The notes under the pieces: generated by a model
Database searches by the model: none
Told to the model about the DNA's origin: nothing
Seen by the model: the letters and a program-made list of their open reading frames with translations, nothing else
Shown here: positions 10,961-20,403 of the stretch, in pieces
Layout: the number at the start of each line of letters is the position of its first letter
How positions within the stretch are numbered: position 1 is the first letter of the stretch
Made by a program: the position numbers and the translations under genes
NCBI GenBank assembly: GCA_000004695.1
Contig: CM000151.3
Coordinates: 6,464,001 to 6,528,000 of the forward strand
Length of the DNA stretch: 64,000 nt
Reading direction: 5' to 3'
Source: Dictyostelium discoideum
Taxonomy: Eukaryota

Positions 10961-11928
10961 TTTATTAAATAATTCAAATTTGGATGTATGTATTTTTTTT
11001 AATTCAAAGATTTTTACCAACTGATCCAATAGCTTCATTAGAAAATGGTTATGATAATATAATTTGGTCAAATAATTTAATGCATGCTCAATAATATCAT
11101 TTCTTGAACAAGTTAAAGATTCATTCTTAAAACCACCATCAACTTCAAATTCAAGTTTATTTTAAATCTCTTCAAATTTATTCAATTAAAATCCAAAAGG
11201 GTTAAGTGGTAATGAAATTTATTTACCACCAATCAAGGGTTTAGTATCGAAAAGAGCTTCTTTCCCATTAAGAATTGATCATACTTTTAGTTATACATTA
11301 CCAAGAGTTTGTTTCATTGGTGATGCTATAATGTTATAAAGGTTTTAAGAAATTAGAAAACCTGAAAATCTTAAAATGTTACTCTCAATTGATACTCTCT
11401 TCAATTTATTCATACATAATTCAATATTTGTGACTTTAAGAAAATTTTGAATTTCCTTATTAAATATTTCTCCTCTTAAAAATTAAATTTTTGGTGTTTC
11501 AAAAGGTAAATTAATTATAAAATTTAAATAAAAATAAAAAATAAAATGAAACTAAAAATTAAAAAAAAATCATTCACAAATATATCTCAATTCTTATATA
11601 AATAAAAAAAAAAAAAAAGAAAAAAAAAATATCAAAAATTAATTATTTTATATTTTTTTAATTAAAAACCTAAGATCTTAACAAACTCTCAAAAGTTCCC
11701 ATATGGAAATTAGTTCCATTATTTTAAATACAATAACCAATGATGGTTTAGTTATCGGAAATTGAGAGGATAAACATACAATGACTTAAACGAAAAGAAG
11801 ATTATTATTTATTTTTTTAGAAAAATATTGATTTTATAATTTCAGGAACATAATTTTGTTTTGATATTTTTTTTGTCCAACCAAAAGAATATAAAAAACA
11901 AAATAATCATCTCCAATATATAAAATCC

Positions 11929-11939
11929 AACTTTTGTTT
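11929..11939. repeat. target-site duplication copy 1 (AACTTTTGTTT) at the poly(A) end of the twin retroelement insertion
   Basis: An identical 11-mer occurs at 18080-18090, immediately beyond the 5' end of the full-length element. Confidence 0.5.
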
Positions 11940-12781
11940 TTTTTTTTTTTTTTTTTTTTTTAATATTGGATTAACAAGATTGATATATGTCCATCTGTGT
12001 TAATACGAGTTTTATTTAATATTTATTTATAGGCTTATCATTTAAGCTGAAGGGTTATTTTAATCATATGAATTGATCAAAAGATATAATATTTGGGAGA
12101 GATGATTCTGGAATACAATAGTAATTAGCTGTTGTTTTTCTTAGCTTGATCGTTGAGGTGAGAAGGATCTTAGGATCTTTGAAATTATTATGGTCTTTTG
12201 CTGATAAGTTTTTCAGATCTTTTGCTTTTTTGATGTATTCTAGAGTGGCCAATTTGTGCCATTTCTTTAGAAGGGAGCTGTATGATAGTGATTCATTTGT
12301 TAAAGGATCTTCACTGTATATTTGATTGCAAATCCAAATCCAAATGTTGTGGAGGATAAGGGCCATTAGGTTTCTATATGCGTATGATCTGGATAGATCA
12401 TAGTCTATTGCTTTATAGTTCCATTCAAAGTATTCTTTGTGGAATCTGTGGTTGGCGTAATCTGCATTCACTTCTTGATCTTTTTTTTGCTGTCGGTGAT
12501 AATTTTGGAGTTATTCTATTAATGAAATTGTTATTTTGCCTAATTCTTGTATGGTGCCAGTTTTTACCTTTGCCTGTGGTAATATAGATGAAATTTTTGA
12601 GTTTATTTATTTTTATGAATTGTTTTGTTTTCTTGCATGAGAAGAACAGGTGACCGTATGGGTCTTTGCTCATATCTTCTTTGCAGAGTGGGCATTGTTT
12701 GTTGTGAAGGTAGTTTATTGGAAGGCATCTGGCATGGAATCTAAACATTGTGTCTCTTGTTTTAGGGTCTTTTATCTTCAG
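11940..12781 (-). mobile_element. 5'-truncated copy of the same TRE3-like non-LTR retrotransposon: its 3'-terminal ~820 bp plus a poly(A) tail
   Basis: 11962-12781 is about 98% identical to 12806-13625. The poly-T run at 11941-11961 is a poly(A) tail on the minus strand. The copy directly abuts the poly(A) of the full-length copy. The ORF fragments at 12064-12471 and 12425-12748 are frame-shifted pieces of the ORF2 C-terminus. Confidence 0.8.
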
Positions 12782-12906
12782 TATTTTTTTTTTTTTTTTT
12801 TTTAATATTGGATTAACAAGATTGATATATGTCCATCTGTGTTAATACGAGTTTTTATTTAATATTTATTTATAGGCTTATCATTTAAGCTGAAGGGTTA
12901 TTTTAA

Positions 12907-15900
12907 TCATATGAATTGATCAAAAGATATAATATTTGGGAGAGATGATTCTGGAATACAATAGTAATTAGCTGTTGTTTTTCTTAGCTTGATCGTTGAG
13001 GTGAGAAGGATCTTAGGATCTTTGAAGTTATTATGGTCTTTTGCTGATAAGTTTTTCAGATCTTTTGCTTTTTTGATGTATTCTAGAGTGGCCAATTTGT
13101 GCCATTTCTTTAGAAGGGAGCTGTATGATAGTGATTCATTTGTTAAAGGATCTTCGCTGTATATTTGATTGCAAATCCAAATCCAAATGTTGTGGAGGAT
13201 AAGGGCCATTAGGTTTCTATATGCGAATGATCTGGTTAGATCATAGTCTATTGCTTTATAGTTCCATTCAAAGTATTCTTTGTGGAATCTGTGGTTGGCG
13301 TAATCTGCATTCACTTCTTGATCTTTTTTGGCTGTCGGTGATAATTTTGGAGTTATTCTATTAATGAAATTGTTATTTTGCCTAATTCTTGTATGGTGCC
13401 AGTTTTTACCTTTGCCTGTGGTAATATAGATGAAATTTTTGAGTTTATTTATTTTTATGAATTGTTTTGTTTTCTTGCATGAGAAGAACAGGTGACCGTA
13501 TGGGTCTTTGCTCATATCTTCTTTGCAGAGTGGGCATTGTTTGTTGTGAAGGTAGTTTATTGGAAGGCATCTGGCATGGAATCTAAACATTGTGTCTCTT
13601 GTTTTAGGGTCTTTTATCTTCAGTATGTTGTTGAAGAGTTGATTATAGCTGTAGCCTCTTAAGTTTAGAGATGATTGGAATTCCGTTTTAGGGATGGTTG
13701 GATTTTGGTCTTGAATTGTGGTATACCATTCTGCCAGTGAAAGTGGTTGTCCATTTTCGTTTTTTATGGATGTGAGATTATTGTTGAAGATTGCTTTTTT
13801 TATTCTTATTTTGTTCCATTCGTCTAAGTTTTCTTTTAGGTATCTGGATGTGAATTTGTTTTTTTGGATCTGATATTCCCAGCTTTTGTGATGAGATGAG
13901 TTTGTTTGTTTGGTTTCTAGTGCTAGGATGAACTGGTTTATGATCCAAAGTTTCTGCGCCAGTTGTCTCAATTCTATATTCCAAATGTTCCAGCCCCCTA
14001 CTTTTAGTGGGTATCTTGCTCTTTTGGTTCTCATTAAATTAATAACTTGAAATCCACTAGCATTTTTGTTGTTTGGTGCCGATAAAAACCATTCGACTAA
14101 TTTATTGATTTGGTTTAATTCCTCTTCCTTAAAGTTCTCTACATATGAATAGTAGGTTAATTTAGAGAGTGCGAATGCTTTGAGGATGTTGGTTTTGGTT
14201 TTGATTGTTGAGTCAGTGGTTTTCCATAGTACTAAGGATGATCTTATTGTGTTTAATATTTCTGGCATTTTTCTTGTTATCCCTTTGCCTGTGAAGAAGT
14301 ATCCCAAGTATCTTTCTGGATTTGTAGATATTGGAATTCTTTGGTTGGTATTGTCTGGGTTGCCTATAAGAATTGATGAAGATTTGTCGATGTTTAGTTT
14401 TGAGGAAGTGGCTTTGCAAAATGAATTGAAGTGTTGTAGTACTAATTCAAGTTGTTGAGAGTCTGGGACCATTGAAGCCGAGTCGTCTGCAAAGCTTTGG
14501 AATTTCTCTCTGTGGTTGCTGTTGTTTAGAGGAAGGCCAGTAATTCGGTCATCTTGTAAAATTTTTCTAGCTAAAGCCTCTATTACAAGGACGAACAGGG
14601 TGGGTGATAGTGGATCTCCTTGTTTAACTCCTCTTTTGATCTCAAAGGGTATAGTAGTTCTACCATTAATTTCAATTCTTGCTTCAGATTTGGTGAGTAG
14701 ATTCATTATCAGGTTGATTATATTGGTTGGAATGTTGATGTGTTGTAGTGATCTGAGTATTGAACCGTGTGAGATCGAGTCAAAAGCTTTTTCGAAATCA
14801 TATAGTGTAATTATTCCGTTAATTCTTTTATCATTACAATAGTTGATTAATTCGTTCATTGATATGATATTATCTATAATGAATCTGCCTGGTACGAAAC
14901 CTTTTTGATTGTGGTTGATCACTTTCGTTAGTATTGGGATTATTCTATTGTTTATTAGTTTTGAGTGGATTTTATATATACAGTTAGCCAGTGTAATTGG
15001 TCTTCTGTTTTTGATTAGTTCGGGGTCTCCCTTTTTAGGTATCGTGATAATGAGGCCTTCTTTGTAATTTTTGCTAATTAGATGAGGATTTCTTAGAGTG
15101 TCGTTGAATGCTGAGGCCAGTATTGGAGCTAGTTTTTCTTTGTGTGTTATGTAGAATAAGTTTGGAATTCCATCTGGGCCTGGAGATTTGTGTGGGTTCA
15201 ATTGTTTTATTACTTCTAGGATCTCTTGTGATGTGAATTCATTTTCAAGGTTGTCCCATGTTGAGTCCCTGGTCACTGTCCAATTTTCCAACATTTCATA
15301 ATGAGATGGTGGGTCATCTTCTTTGTAGTCATAAAGATTTGAGTAATATTTTACGTATTCTTCTTCGATCAATTCCTGTTTGTTGATTGTTCTACCTTGT
15401 GCATCTTTTACTGCGTTGATGGTGAAATCATTGTGTCTTTTCTTGATTCTCGCGGAGATGTACTTGAGTGAGGTTTCTTCGCAATAGTTGTTCAATTCTT
15501 GTTTAAGTTGTTCTTCTCTTTTTTTAGATTCATTTATTGCTGAAAGGGTTGCGAAGGCTTGGTCTTTAAATTCTGTCTCTAGTAGGGAGATTAGATTTTT
15601 GATGTTTGCCTTATTGTTGTAGTCATTTTGTTTTTGAAATTCTGTGTATAGTTGTTTTATTTTGTTTAGTAAGCTGTTGAGTTGAGAGAAGGAAATAGAG
15701 TTATGGTTGGATGACAGCTCCCTTGAATAATCGTTAAGTAGGAAGTCTATTTTCTTAAGCATTATGCTTGAGAGGATTGAGGATTTTTTTAATCTCCATC
15801 TGCGCTTGTTCATCTGTATGTTGGGTAGAGTGAAGGTGGTTGATAGGAAGTTGTGATCTGATAGAGGTATGTCATTAATTTTTGGGGGGATTAGGTTCCT

Positions 15901-16611
15901 TAAGTATAATTGGCTGTAGTTGATTATGCTATTGTTAAGGTATATTCTGTCTAGTCTCCTTTCCAAGATTCTTGTGAGGTTATTGTTTGTGTTGTGTATC
16001 GTTCTTGAGAAGGTGGGTCTTTTATTTAGTTGGTCCATATCCATTAGGTTATTTGAAATTCTGATGGCTTCGATTACTGTGGCCATCTCATCTGGGGATT
16101 GTGTTGTCAAGTTGCCTTGGTCATCATTTGATGTGTGATTGTCATTGAAGTCTAAACAATTGAAGTCGCCTGCTATGATGTCGATGTTTTTTTTAGGGTT
16201 AGACGTTAGGTTGTGGTATTGGTTGTTGAAGTGTTTGTTTAGTGTTGAAGCTAGTGTTTTTCTTTTATCAGGTTGGGCCGGGGCGTATATGGCCAAGATT
16301 CTCGTTGTGGTATCTTTTATTAGAATGTCTGATATTATTAGTCTACCTTCTATTATGAATATTGGTGAGAGTTTTATGTTTTGGTTGTTGTGGTTTAGTA
16401 TTCCTATTCCGTTGCCTCTGTTGGTTGCGCTAATGATGGAGCCAGGAAATAGCTGGTGTGCTTGTGTTGCGTCGGCGTTGAGTTCATTGACTATGGTTAG
16501 TGCCAATGAGTTTGGGGGGGATTGGGATTTGATAAAGTCTGTTTTGTTTTTGAAGGAGGTGTCAGTGCCCCAACCTCTGACATTCCATTGGTTGATTTTG
16601 ATTACTACCAT
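12907..16611 (-). CDS. retrotransposon ORF2: apurinic-type endonuclease, reverse transcriptase and C-terminal Cys-rich (CCHC-like) domain
   Basis: 1234 aa. APE motifs: QWNVRGW, IIAGDFN, RLDRIY, LSDHNF. RT motifs: PITLANCIYKI, QKGFVPGRF, ITLYDFEKAFDSISH, GVKQGDPLSPTLF, SFADDSA (a YxDD variant). C-terminal zinc-knuckle-like segment: CPLCKEDMSKDPYGHLFFSC. Confidence 0.9.
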   Translation of the reverse strand: MVVIKINQWNVRGWGTDTSFKNKTDFIKSQSPPNSLALTIVNELNADATQAHQLFPGSIISATNRGNGIGILNHNNQNIKLSPIFIIEGRLIISDILIKDTTTRILAIYAPAQPDKRKTLASTLNKHFNNQYHNLTSNPKKNIDIIAGDFNCLDFNDNHTSNDDQGNLTTQSPDEMATVIEAIRISNNLMDMDQLNKRPTFSRTIHNTNNNLTRILERRLDRIYLNNSIINYSQLYLRNLIPPKINDIPLSDHNFLSTTFTLPNIQMNKRRWRLKKSSILSSIMLKKIDFLLNDYSRELSSNHNSISFSQLNSLLNKIKQLYTEFQKQNDYNNKANIKNLISLLETEFKDQAFATLSAINESKKREEQLKQELNNYCEETSLKYISARIKKRHNDFTINAVKDAQGRTINKQELIEEEYVKYYSNLYDYKEDDPPSHYEMLENWTVTRDSTWDNLENEFTSQEILEVIKQLNPHKSPGPDGIPNLFYITHKEKLAPILASAFNDTLRNPHLISKNYKEGLIITIPKKGDPELIKNRRPITLANCIYKIHSKLINNRIIPILTKVINHNQKGFVPGRFIIDNIISMNELINYCNDKRINGIITLYDFEKAFDSISHGSILRSLQHINIPTNIINLIMNLLTKSEARIEINGRTTIPFEIKRGVKQGDPLSPTLFVLVIEALARKILQDDRITGLPLNNSNHREKFQSFADDSASMVPDSQQLELVLQHFNSFCKATSSKLNIDKSSSILIGNPDNTNQRIPISTNPERYLGYFFTGKGITRKMPEILNTIRSSLVLWKTTDSTIKTKTNILKAFALSKLTYYSYVENFKEEELNQINKLVEWFLSAPNNKNASGFQVINLMRTKRARYPLKVGGWNIWNIELRQLAQKLWIINQFILALETKQTNSSHHKSWEYQIQKNKFTSRYLKENLDEWNKIRIKKAIFNNNLTSIKNENGQPLSLAEWYTTIQDQNPTIPKTEFQSSLNLRGYSYNQLFNNILKIKDPKTRDTMFRFHARCLPINYLHNKQCPLCKEDMSKDPYGHLFFSCKKTKQFIKINKLKNFIYITTGKGKNWHHTRIRQNNNFINRITPKLSPTAKKDQEVNADYANHRFHKEYFEWNYKAIDYDLTRSFAYRNLMALILHNIWIWICNQIYSEDPLTNESLSYSSLLKKWHKLATLEYIKKAKDLKNLSAKDHNNFKDPKILLTSTIKLRKTTANYYCIPESSLPNIISFDQFI

Positions 16612-17864
16612 TATGAGATGATATCGATCTCCTCTTGGGAGTCGTATAGCTGCGGTTTGGATGGTGAAGGGTAGATACTCTCTATGAAGCTCTCAATGAT
16701 TCCTTTCCTTTCTTTTTTGACAGGTGTCTTAGGGGTGGATGGGATGTAAGGGTTGCTTCTGTTTATTGTTGGTGAGAGTTGGGTGACCTCGTTGTTTGAG
16801 TGGATTTCCTCGTTCTTGCGTTTATGTGATGGAGGGATGTTTGGTGTCTTCTCTCTGTTTTCCGAGGATGAATGGATGTTAGTGCTCGTTTTGTTGGCAT
16901 TGTCTTTTTGGATGGCGTTGGATGTTGTGGTAGTGGTTGTGGTGGGTTTGACAGATTGAGATTCTGCTTGGTTTTTGGGGGGAAGAGGTTGAGAGGACTT
17001 TTTTGATTGGGCTTTTTTCTCTTGGGTTGATTGTTTATCAGACTGATTGTTTGCTGGGTCATTTGTTTGTTGTTGTGGTTTTGGTTGAGAGGATTTGATT
17101 GCTATCCTGTTTTGGGTGTTGGGAGGATCATCTGTCATCTCATCTTCTAATGGTTCTTCCGTGTTGTTTAACTCTACTTTCTTATTTTTCTTTTGTGAGG
17201 AGTAGGTTTTGGTGGCCGTTCTGATGGTAAAGTTGGCGATTTCTGTATTGTGTTGGCCAGATTTCATTTGATCGCCTATTTTGCATTCTATTAGACCGAA
17301 TACTAGGAGGTGGTCGGTGGAGTATATAGTATGGTATATTGCATAGGGTATTTCTTCTGCAAAGGCAGTTTTGATGAGGGCGTCCACTATTCCTGCCTTT
17401 TCTCTTGGAATTCTTACTCTTCCTGTGAGGACGTGGTAGTCTCTACTGGAGGTGATGAAGGTTCCCAATTTGCTTCTATCTCTAATGATATTTAGGAGAG
17501 ATTGTTCGTTTTTAATCATCAGGTGTATCATTTTTCTAGTTCCTTTGCCTATGTATATCTTGTCGATTGGGATATCGTAGTTTGAGAGTGTTTTTCTCAT
17601 TTCTTCTAACCCCATGAGATCCATTTTGGGGAATTCGAGTGTAATTGGGTAGAATCCGTTGTTTTTCTCGTAGGTTGAGAGCGCAGTCATGTTCAATATG
17701 GTCTCGCAGTATTTGGAGATGTCTTTGAGGCCTATTGATAATTTGGGATAGGTCTCCTTTATCTCTGCTGTTTTTGTGGAGAATTCCTTAATGAAGTTCT
17801 CTGATGCCTCGTCCATATGGGTGGAGGGGTTGGCCATTTTAGCCGCGTCTGCGTAGGAATTCAT
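16611..17864 (-). CDS. retrotransposon ORF1: 417 aa with a Pro/Gln/Thr-rich basic C-terminus, typical of a nucleic-acid-binding ORF1 protein
   Basis: The ORF lies directly upstream of ORF2, with its stop overlapping the ORF2 start at 16611. It has no cellular homolog features. It is preceded by a ~215-nt 5' UTR. Confidence 0.75.
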   Translation of the reverse strand: MNSYADAAKMANPSTHMDEASENFIKEFSTKTAEIKETYPKLSIGLKDISKYCETILNMTALSTYEKNNGFYPITLEFPKMDLMGLEEMRKTLSNYDIPIDKIYIGKGTRKMIHLMIKNEQSLLNIIRDRSKLGTFITSSRDYHVLTGRVRIPREKAGIVDALIKTAFAEEIPYAIYHTIYSTDHLLVFGLIECKIGDQMKSGQHNTEIANFTIRTATKTYSSQKKNKKVELNNTEEPLEDEMTDDPPNTQNRIAIKSSQPKPQQQTNDPANNQSDKQSTQEKKAQSKKSSQPLPPKNQAESQSVKPTTTTTTTSNAIQKDNANKTSTNIHSSSENREKTPNIPPSHKRKNEEIHSNNEVTQLSPTINRSNPYIPSTPKTPVKKERKGIIESFIESIYPSPSKPQLYDSQEEIDIIS

Positions 17865-17998
17865 CTCGATGGGATTCCTTTGAATCGGCGATTTGGTAAG
17901 TTATATCTGTAGATCGTGGTGGATTGGTGATTTTTTTTGAAAGATTGGTTAAAATTGACCGAGATTAAGGATAGAAAAGGATGAATTACTTTTCACGT

Positions 17999-18072
17999 GT
18001 ATCTTGTATCCTCTTGATCGCGGTACGGTTTTTTTCGTATCTTGTATCCTCTTGATCGCGGTACGGTTTTTT
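17999..18072. repeat. two tandem copies of a 36-bp unit (ATCTTGTATCCTCTTGATCGCGGTACGGTTTTTT) in the 5' UTR and promoter region of the retroelement
   Basis: Read directly: 18001-18036 and 18040-18072 are identical. 5' repeats are a common feature of TRE-element internal promoters. Confidence 0.8.
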
Positions 18073-18079
18073 CAAACAT

Positions 18080-18090
18080 AACTTTTGTTT
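18080..18090. repeat. target-site duplication copy 2 (AACTTTTGTTT), flanking the 5' end of the full-length element
   Basis: Matches 11929-11939. Confidence 0.5.
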
Positions 18091-18113
18091 AATTAAAAGG
18101 TTGAGCCCAATAA

Positions 18114-18129
18114 GAGAATCGAACCAGGG
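18114..18129 (-). promoter_or_regulatory. ex-B box (GGTTCGATTCTC on the minus strand) about 35 bp downstream of tRNA-Leu, with a T5 Pol III terminator at 18150-18154
   Basis: This is a second copy of the B-box consensus GGTTCGAATCC, outside the tRNA. It matches the Dictyostelium ex-B arrangement. Confidence 0.5.
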
Positions 18130-18158
18130 ACATTATATGGTTTCTTGGGAAAAACTGT

Positions 18159-18239
18159 TGATAAAGGCGAGATTCGAACTCGCGAAGCCGAAGCATAAGA
18201 ACTTGAGTCTTACCCATTTGACCACTCTGGTACTTTACC
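18159..18239 (-). tRNA. tRNA-Leu(CAA), type II, 81 nt, no intron
   Basis: Minus-strand read: GGTAAAG-TA-CCA-GAGTGGTCAAA-TGG-G-TAAGA-CTCAAGT-TCTTA-TGCTTCGGCTTC-GCGAG-TTCGAAT-CTCGC-CTTTATC-A. Acceptor stem is 7 bp with one G.U pair, D-stem is 3 bp, anticodon stem is a perfect 5 bp, the loop has U33 and G37 flanking anticodon CAA, the variable arm is 12 nt, and T-stem and loop are canonical. Confidence 0.85.
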
Positions 18240-18428
18240 TTTTGAAAATAATTGAGAATTACGGTTGATATTGACCACTGTGATACTTTACCTTTTGAAA
18301 CCATGAATTACGGTGAGTCTTACCCATTTGACAACTCTGATACTCTACCTTTTGAAAACCATTGGGAATTACGGTTGATTTTGACCACTTTGGTACTTTA
18401 CCTTTTGAAAACCTTGGCTATATGGGTT
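18203..18428 (-). repeat. four tandem ~50-62 bp units, each carrying the 5' part of tRNA-Leu (positions 1-23 or 1-34, including the A box) plus ~30 bp of its 5' flank. The most proximal unit is the 5' end of the functional gene
   Basis: Plus-strand units (boundaries approximate): 18203-18265, 18266-18314, 18315-18375, 18376-18428. All share ttgacCActNtgNtactttaccttttgaaaa...gaattacggt. Units 1 and 3 also carry gagtcttacccat (tRNA positions 24-34). Confidence 0.75.
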
Positions 18429-18684
18429 AAATAGAACCACCAGGATTGGAATTGAAATTCTGCTTGAATTGTAAATAAAAATGTAATTGAAGTATAATTT
18501 AAGCTTTCAATTGAAAAAATCTCTCTTTTTAGCCTGGCCAGTACTTTATTTGAGAGTTAAAATAAAAGTGTTAAATTCCAATCCTGGGGTTTTCAAGTAA
18601 AAAAATAAAAATATTAAAATATTAAGATTAAAAATCCAATTAAATATTTTCATCTTTTTTATTTTTACCTTTTTTATTATTTTA

Positions 18685-18725
<41 letters not shown>

Positions 18726-18752
18726 GGATTGAGGTTTTAAAATTATAGTTGG

Positions 18753-19467
18753 TTAATCTTGAGTTCTATCTATACAAAGCTTAACTAAAGATATAAAAGC
18801 ATCTTCAATGTTAATTGCCTGTTTACACTTATTTCTTTGAATGTAATATCCAAAGAATCGGCAAATTCTTGGGCCAAAAAAGGGTCAACCACTTTTCGTG
18901 AGACTAAATCATTTTTATTTCCAATTACCATTTTAATGACATTTTCATTTGCATATCTTTCGATATCTTGTATCCATGACGGAACATTTTCAAATGATCT
19001 TTGATCTGTAACATCATAAACTATAATAACTCCATGGCAACCTCTATAATGTGAATTATGAACTCAAAATCGATTTTGTCCAGCCGTATCCAAAATGTGA
19101 AGTTTTATTGGTTTACCTTCGATATAAACTGTCTTTATATTAAATTCAATACCGATTGTTGTTAAATGTGTTTCAGTAAATGTATCATCTGCAATTCTTA
19201 ATAAAATATTTGTTTTACCTTTTTTTATTTTTTTATTTTAAAAAATAATTAATAATTAATAATAATTTATATATTATTTATTATTTATTACAGTAAATAT
19301 TTACCAACTCCACTATCACCTGCAAGTGCAAATTTAAATATACAAAAAAAAAAAATCTATATTAATTTTTTTTTTTTTTGTCGAAAGAAAAAAAAAAATG
19401 AAAAAATTCATTGAATAATAAGTTGGCATACAAATAAAGAAATTCTTACTCATATTCTTTACTCATT
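18753..19467 (-). pseudogene. Rab-family small GTPase gene of three exons, apparently inactivated by an in-frame TGA and a 1-nt frameshift
   Basis: Exon 1 encodes MSKEYE and ends at a GTAAGA donor near 19467-19450. The next exon encodes ...ALAGDSGVG (P-loop) and ends at a GTAAAT donor. The last exon encodes [103 protein letters not shown]...[15 protein letters not shown] frameshift then precedes [23 protein letters not shown]. The TGA falls where other Rabs have Arg (DTAGQERFR). No ORF of 60 aa or more survives here on the six-frame track. Confidence 0.55.
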
Positions 19468-19784
19468 TTAATTGTATATTTTATAAAAATTATATAACAT
19501 TTTTTTTTTTCATAGACATATCAAAAAGAAAATAAAAAATAAAAAAATAAAAAAAAAAATTCATTGAATAATAAGTTGGCAGATATATACAAAAGAAAAT
19601 GAAAAATAAAAAAAAAAAAAAAAAATTTATTGAATAATAAGTTGGCAGATATATACAAAAATTTCAGCGTTAAGGTGGTGAAAAGTAATTTTATTCCAAC
19701 TGGTCAGCTCCTCACCCTTATTGAATAAACATGAAATTCAAAAAGTATAAAAAACATTGATTTATGTGATTATCAGAATTGAAT

Positions 19785-19822
<38 letters not shown>

Positions 19823-19968
19823 TTAACACATTTATAAAATTAAAATAATTTATTGTAGGGTAATTTTTTTTTTTTTTTTAAAATTAAATTTAATAAAGGG
19901 AAAAAAATAAAAACTAATTAGATTTTTTTTTTTTCCATTAATATTTTTTAAATAAATGGAATTGTTAA

Positions 19969-20009
<41 letters not shown>

Positions 20010-20403
20010 TTTTATGTTTATTAGTTTTTAAAGATTATAAAAAATTTTTTTTAAGGGAAGTTTATTATAAAAAATAAAGTGGGAAAATTTCTTTATATTG
20101 GCATATTGTGTATAGATTATATTCATAACACAAATATTAAATCTGTATTTGAAGATTGTTACAATAATAATTCAATAGTTTCCATCTCATTTTTTAGAAA
20201 TAATAAAAAATAAAATAAAATATACAAATAATAAAAAAAAAAAAAAATTAAAAAAACCAAAAAAATAAAAAAATATTTAAACTAAAAAAAAAAATTAAAA
20301 ATTAAAAAAAGCTTATCCAATATAAAAAATTTAAATATTATTATATTTTTTTTTTATTTTTTTTATAAACAATTTAAAAAAAAAAAAAAAAAAAAAAAAA
20401 CAA

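Larger units (their letters stand above)
12782..18079 (-). mobile_element. full-length tRNA-gene-targeted non-LTR (LINE-like) retrotransposon of TRE3 type. Layout: 5' UTR, ORF1, ORF2, ~100-bp 3' UTR, poly(A)
   Basis: Two long ORFs on the minus strand overlap at 16611 (start and stop overlap). A poly(A) tail appears as a 24-nt poly-T run at 12782-12805. The 5' end lies about 80 bp downstream of the tRNA-Leu(CAA) gene in the same orientation. That position matches the TRE3 integration preference (about 100 bp 3' of tRNA genes). Confidence 0.85.

Noticed and set aside
12064-12748. ORFs 12064-12471 and 12425-12748
   Set aside because: They are fragments of the ORF2 C-terminus within the 5'-truncated retroelement copy. 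An extra T at ~12488 breaks the frame. They are not independent genes.
13778-17495. Short ORFs inside or opposite the retroelement ORFs (13778-13984, 14180-14458, 14516-14842, 15920-16621, 16753-17062, 17310-17495)
   Set aside because: Alternative-frame or antisense ORFs nested in ORF1 and ORF2. The long sense ORFs explain the region.
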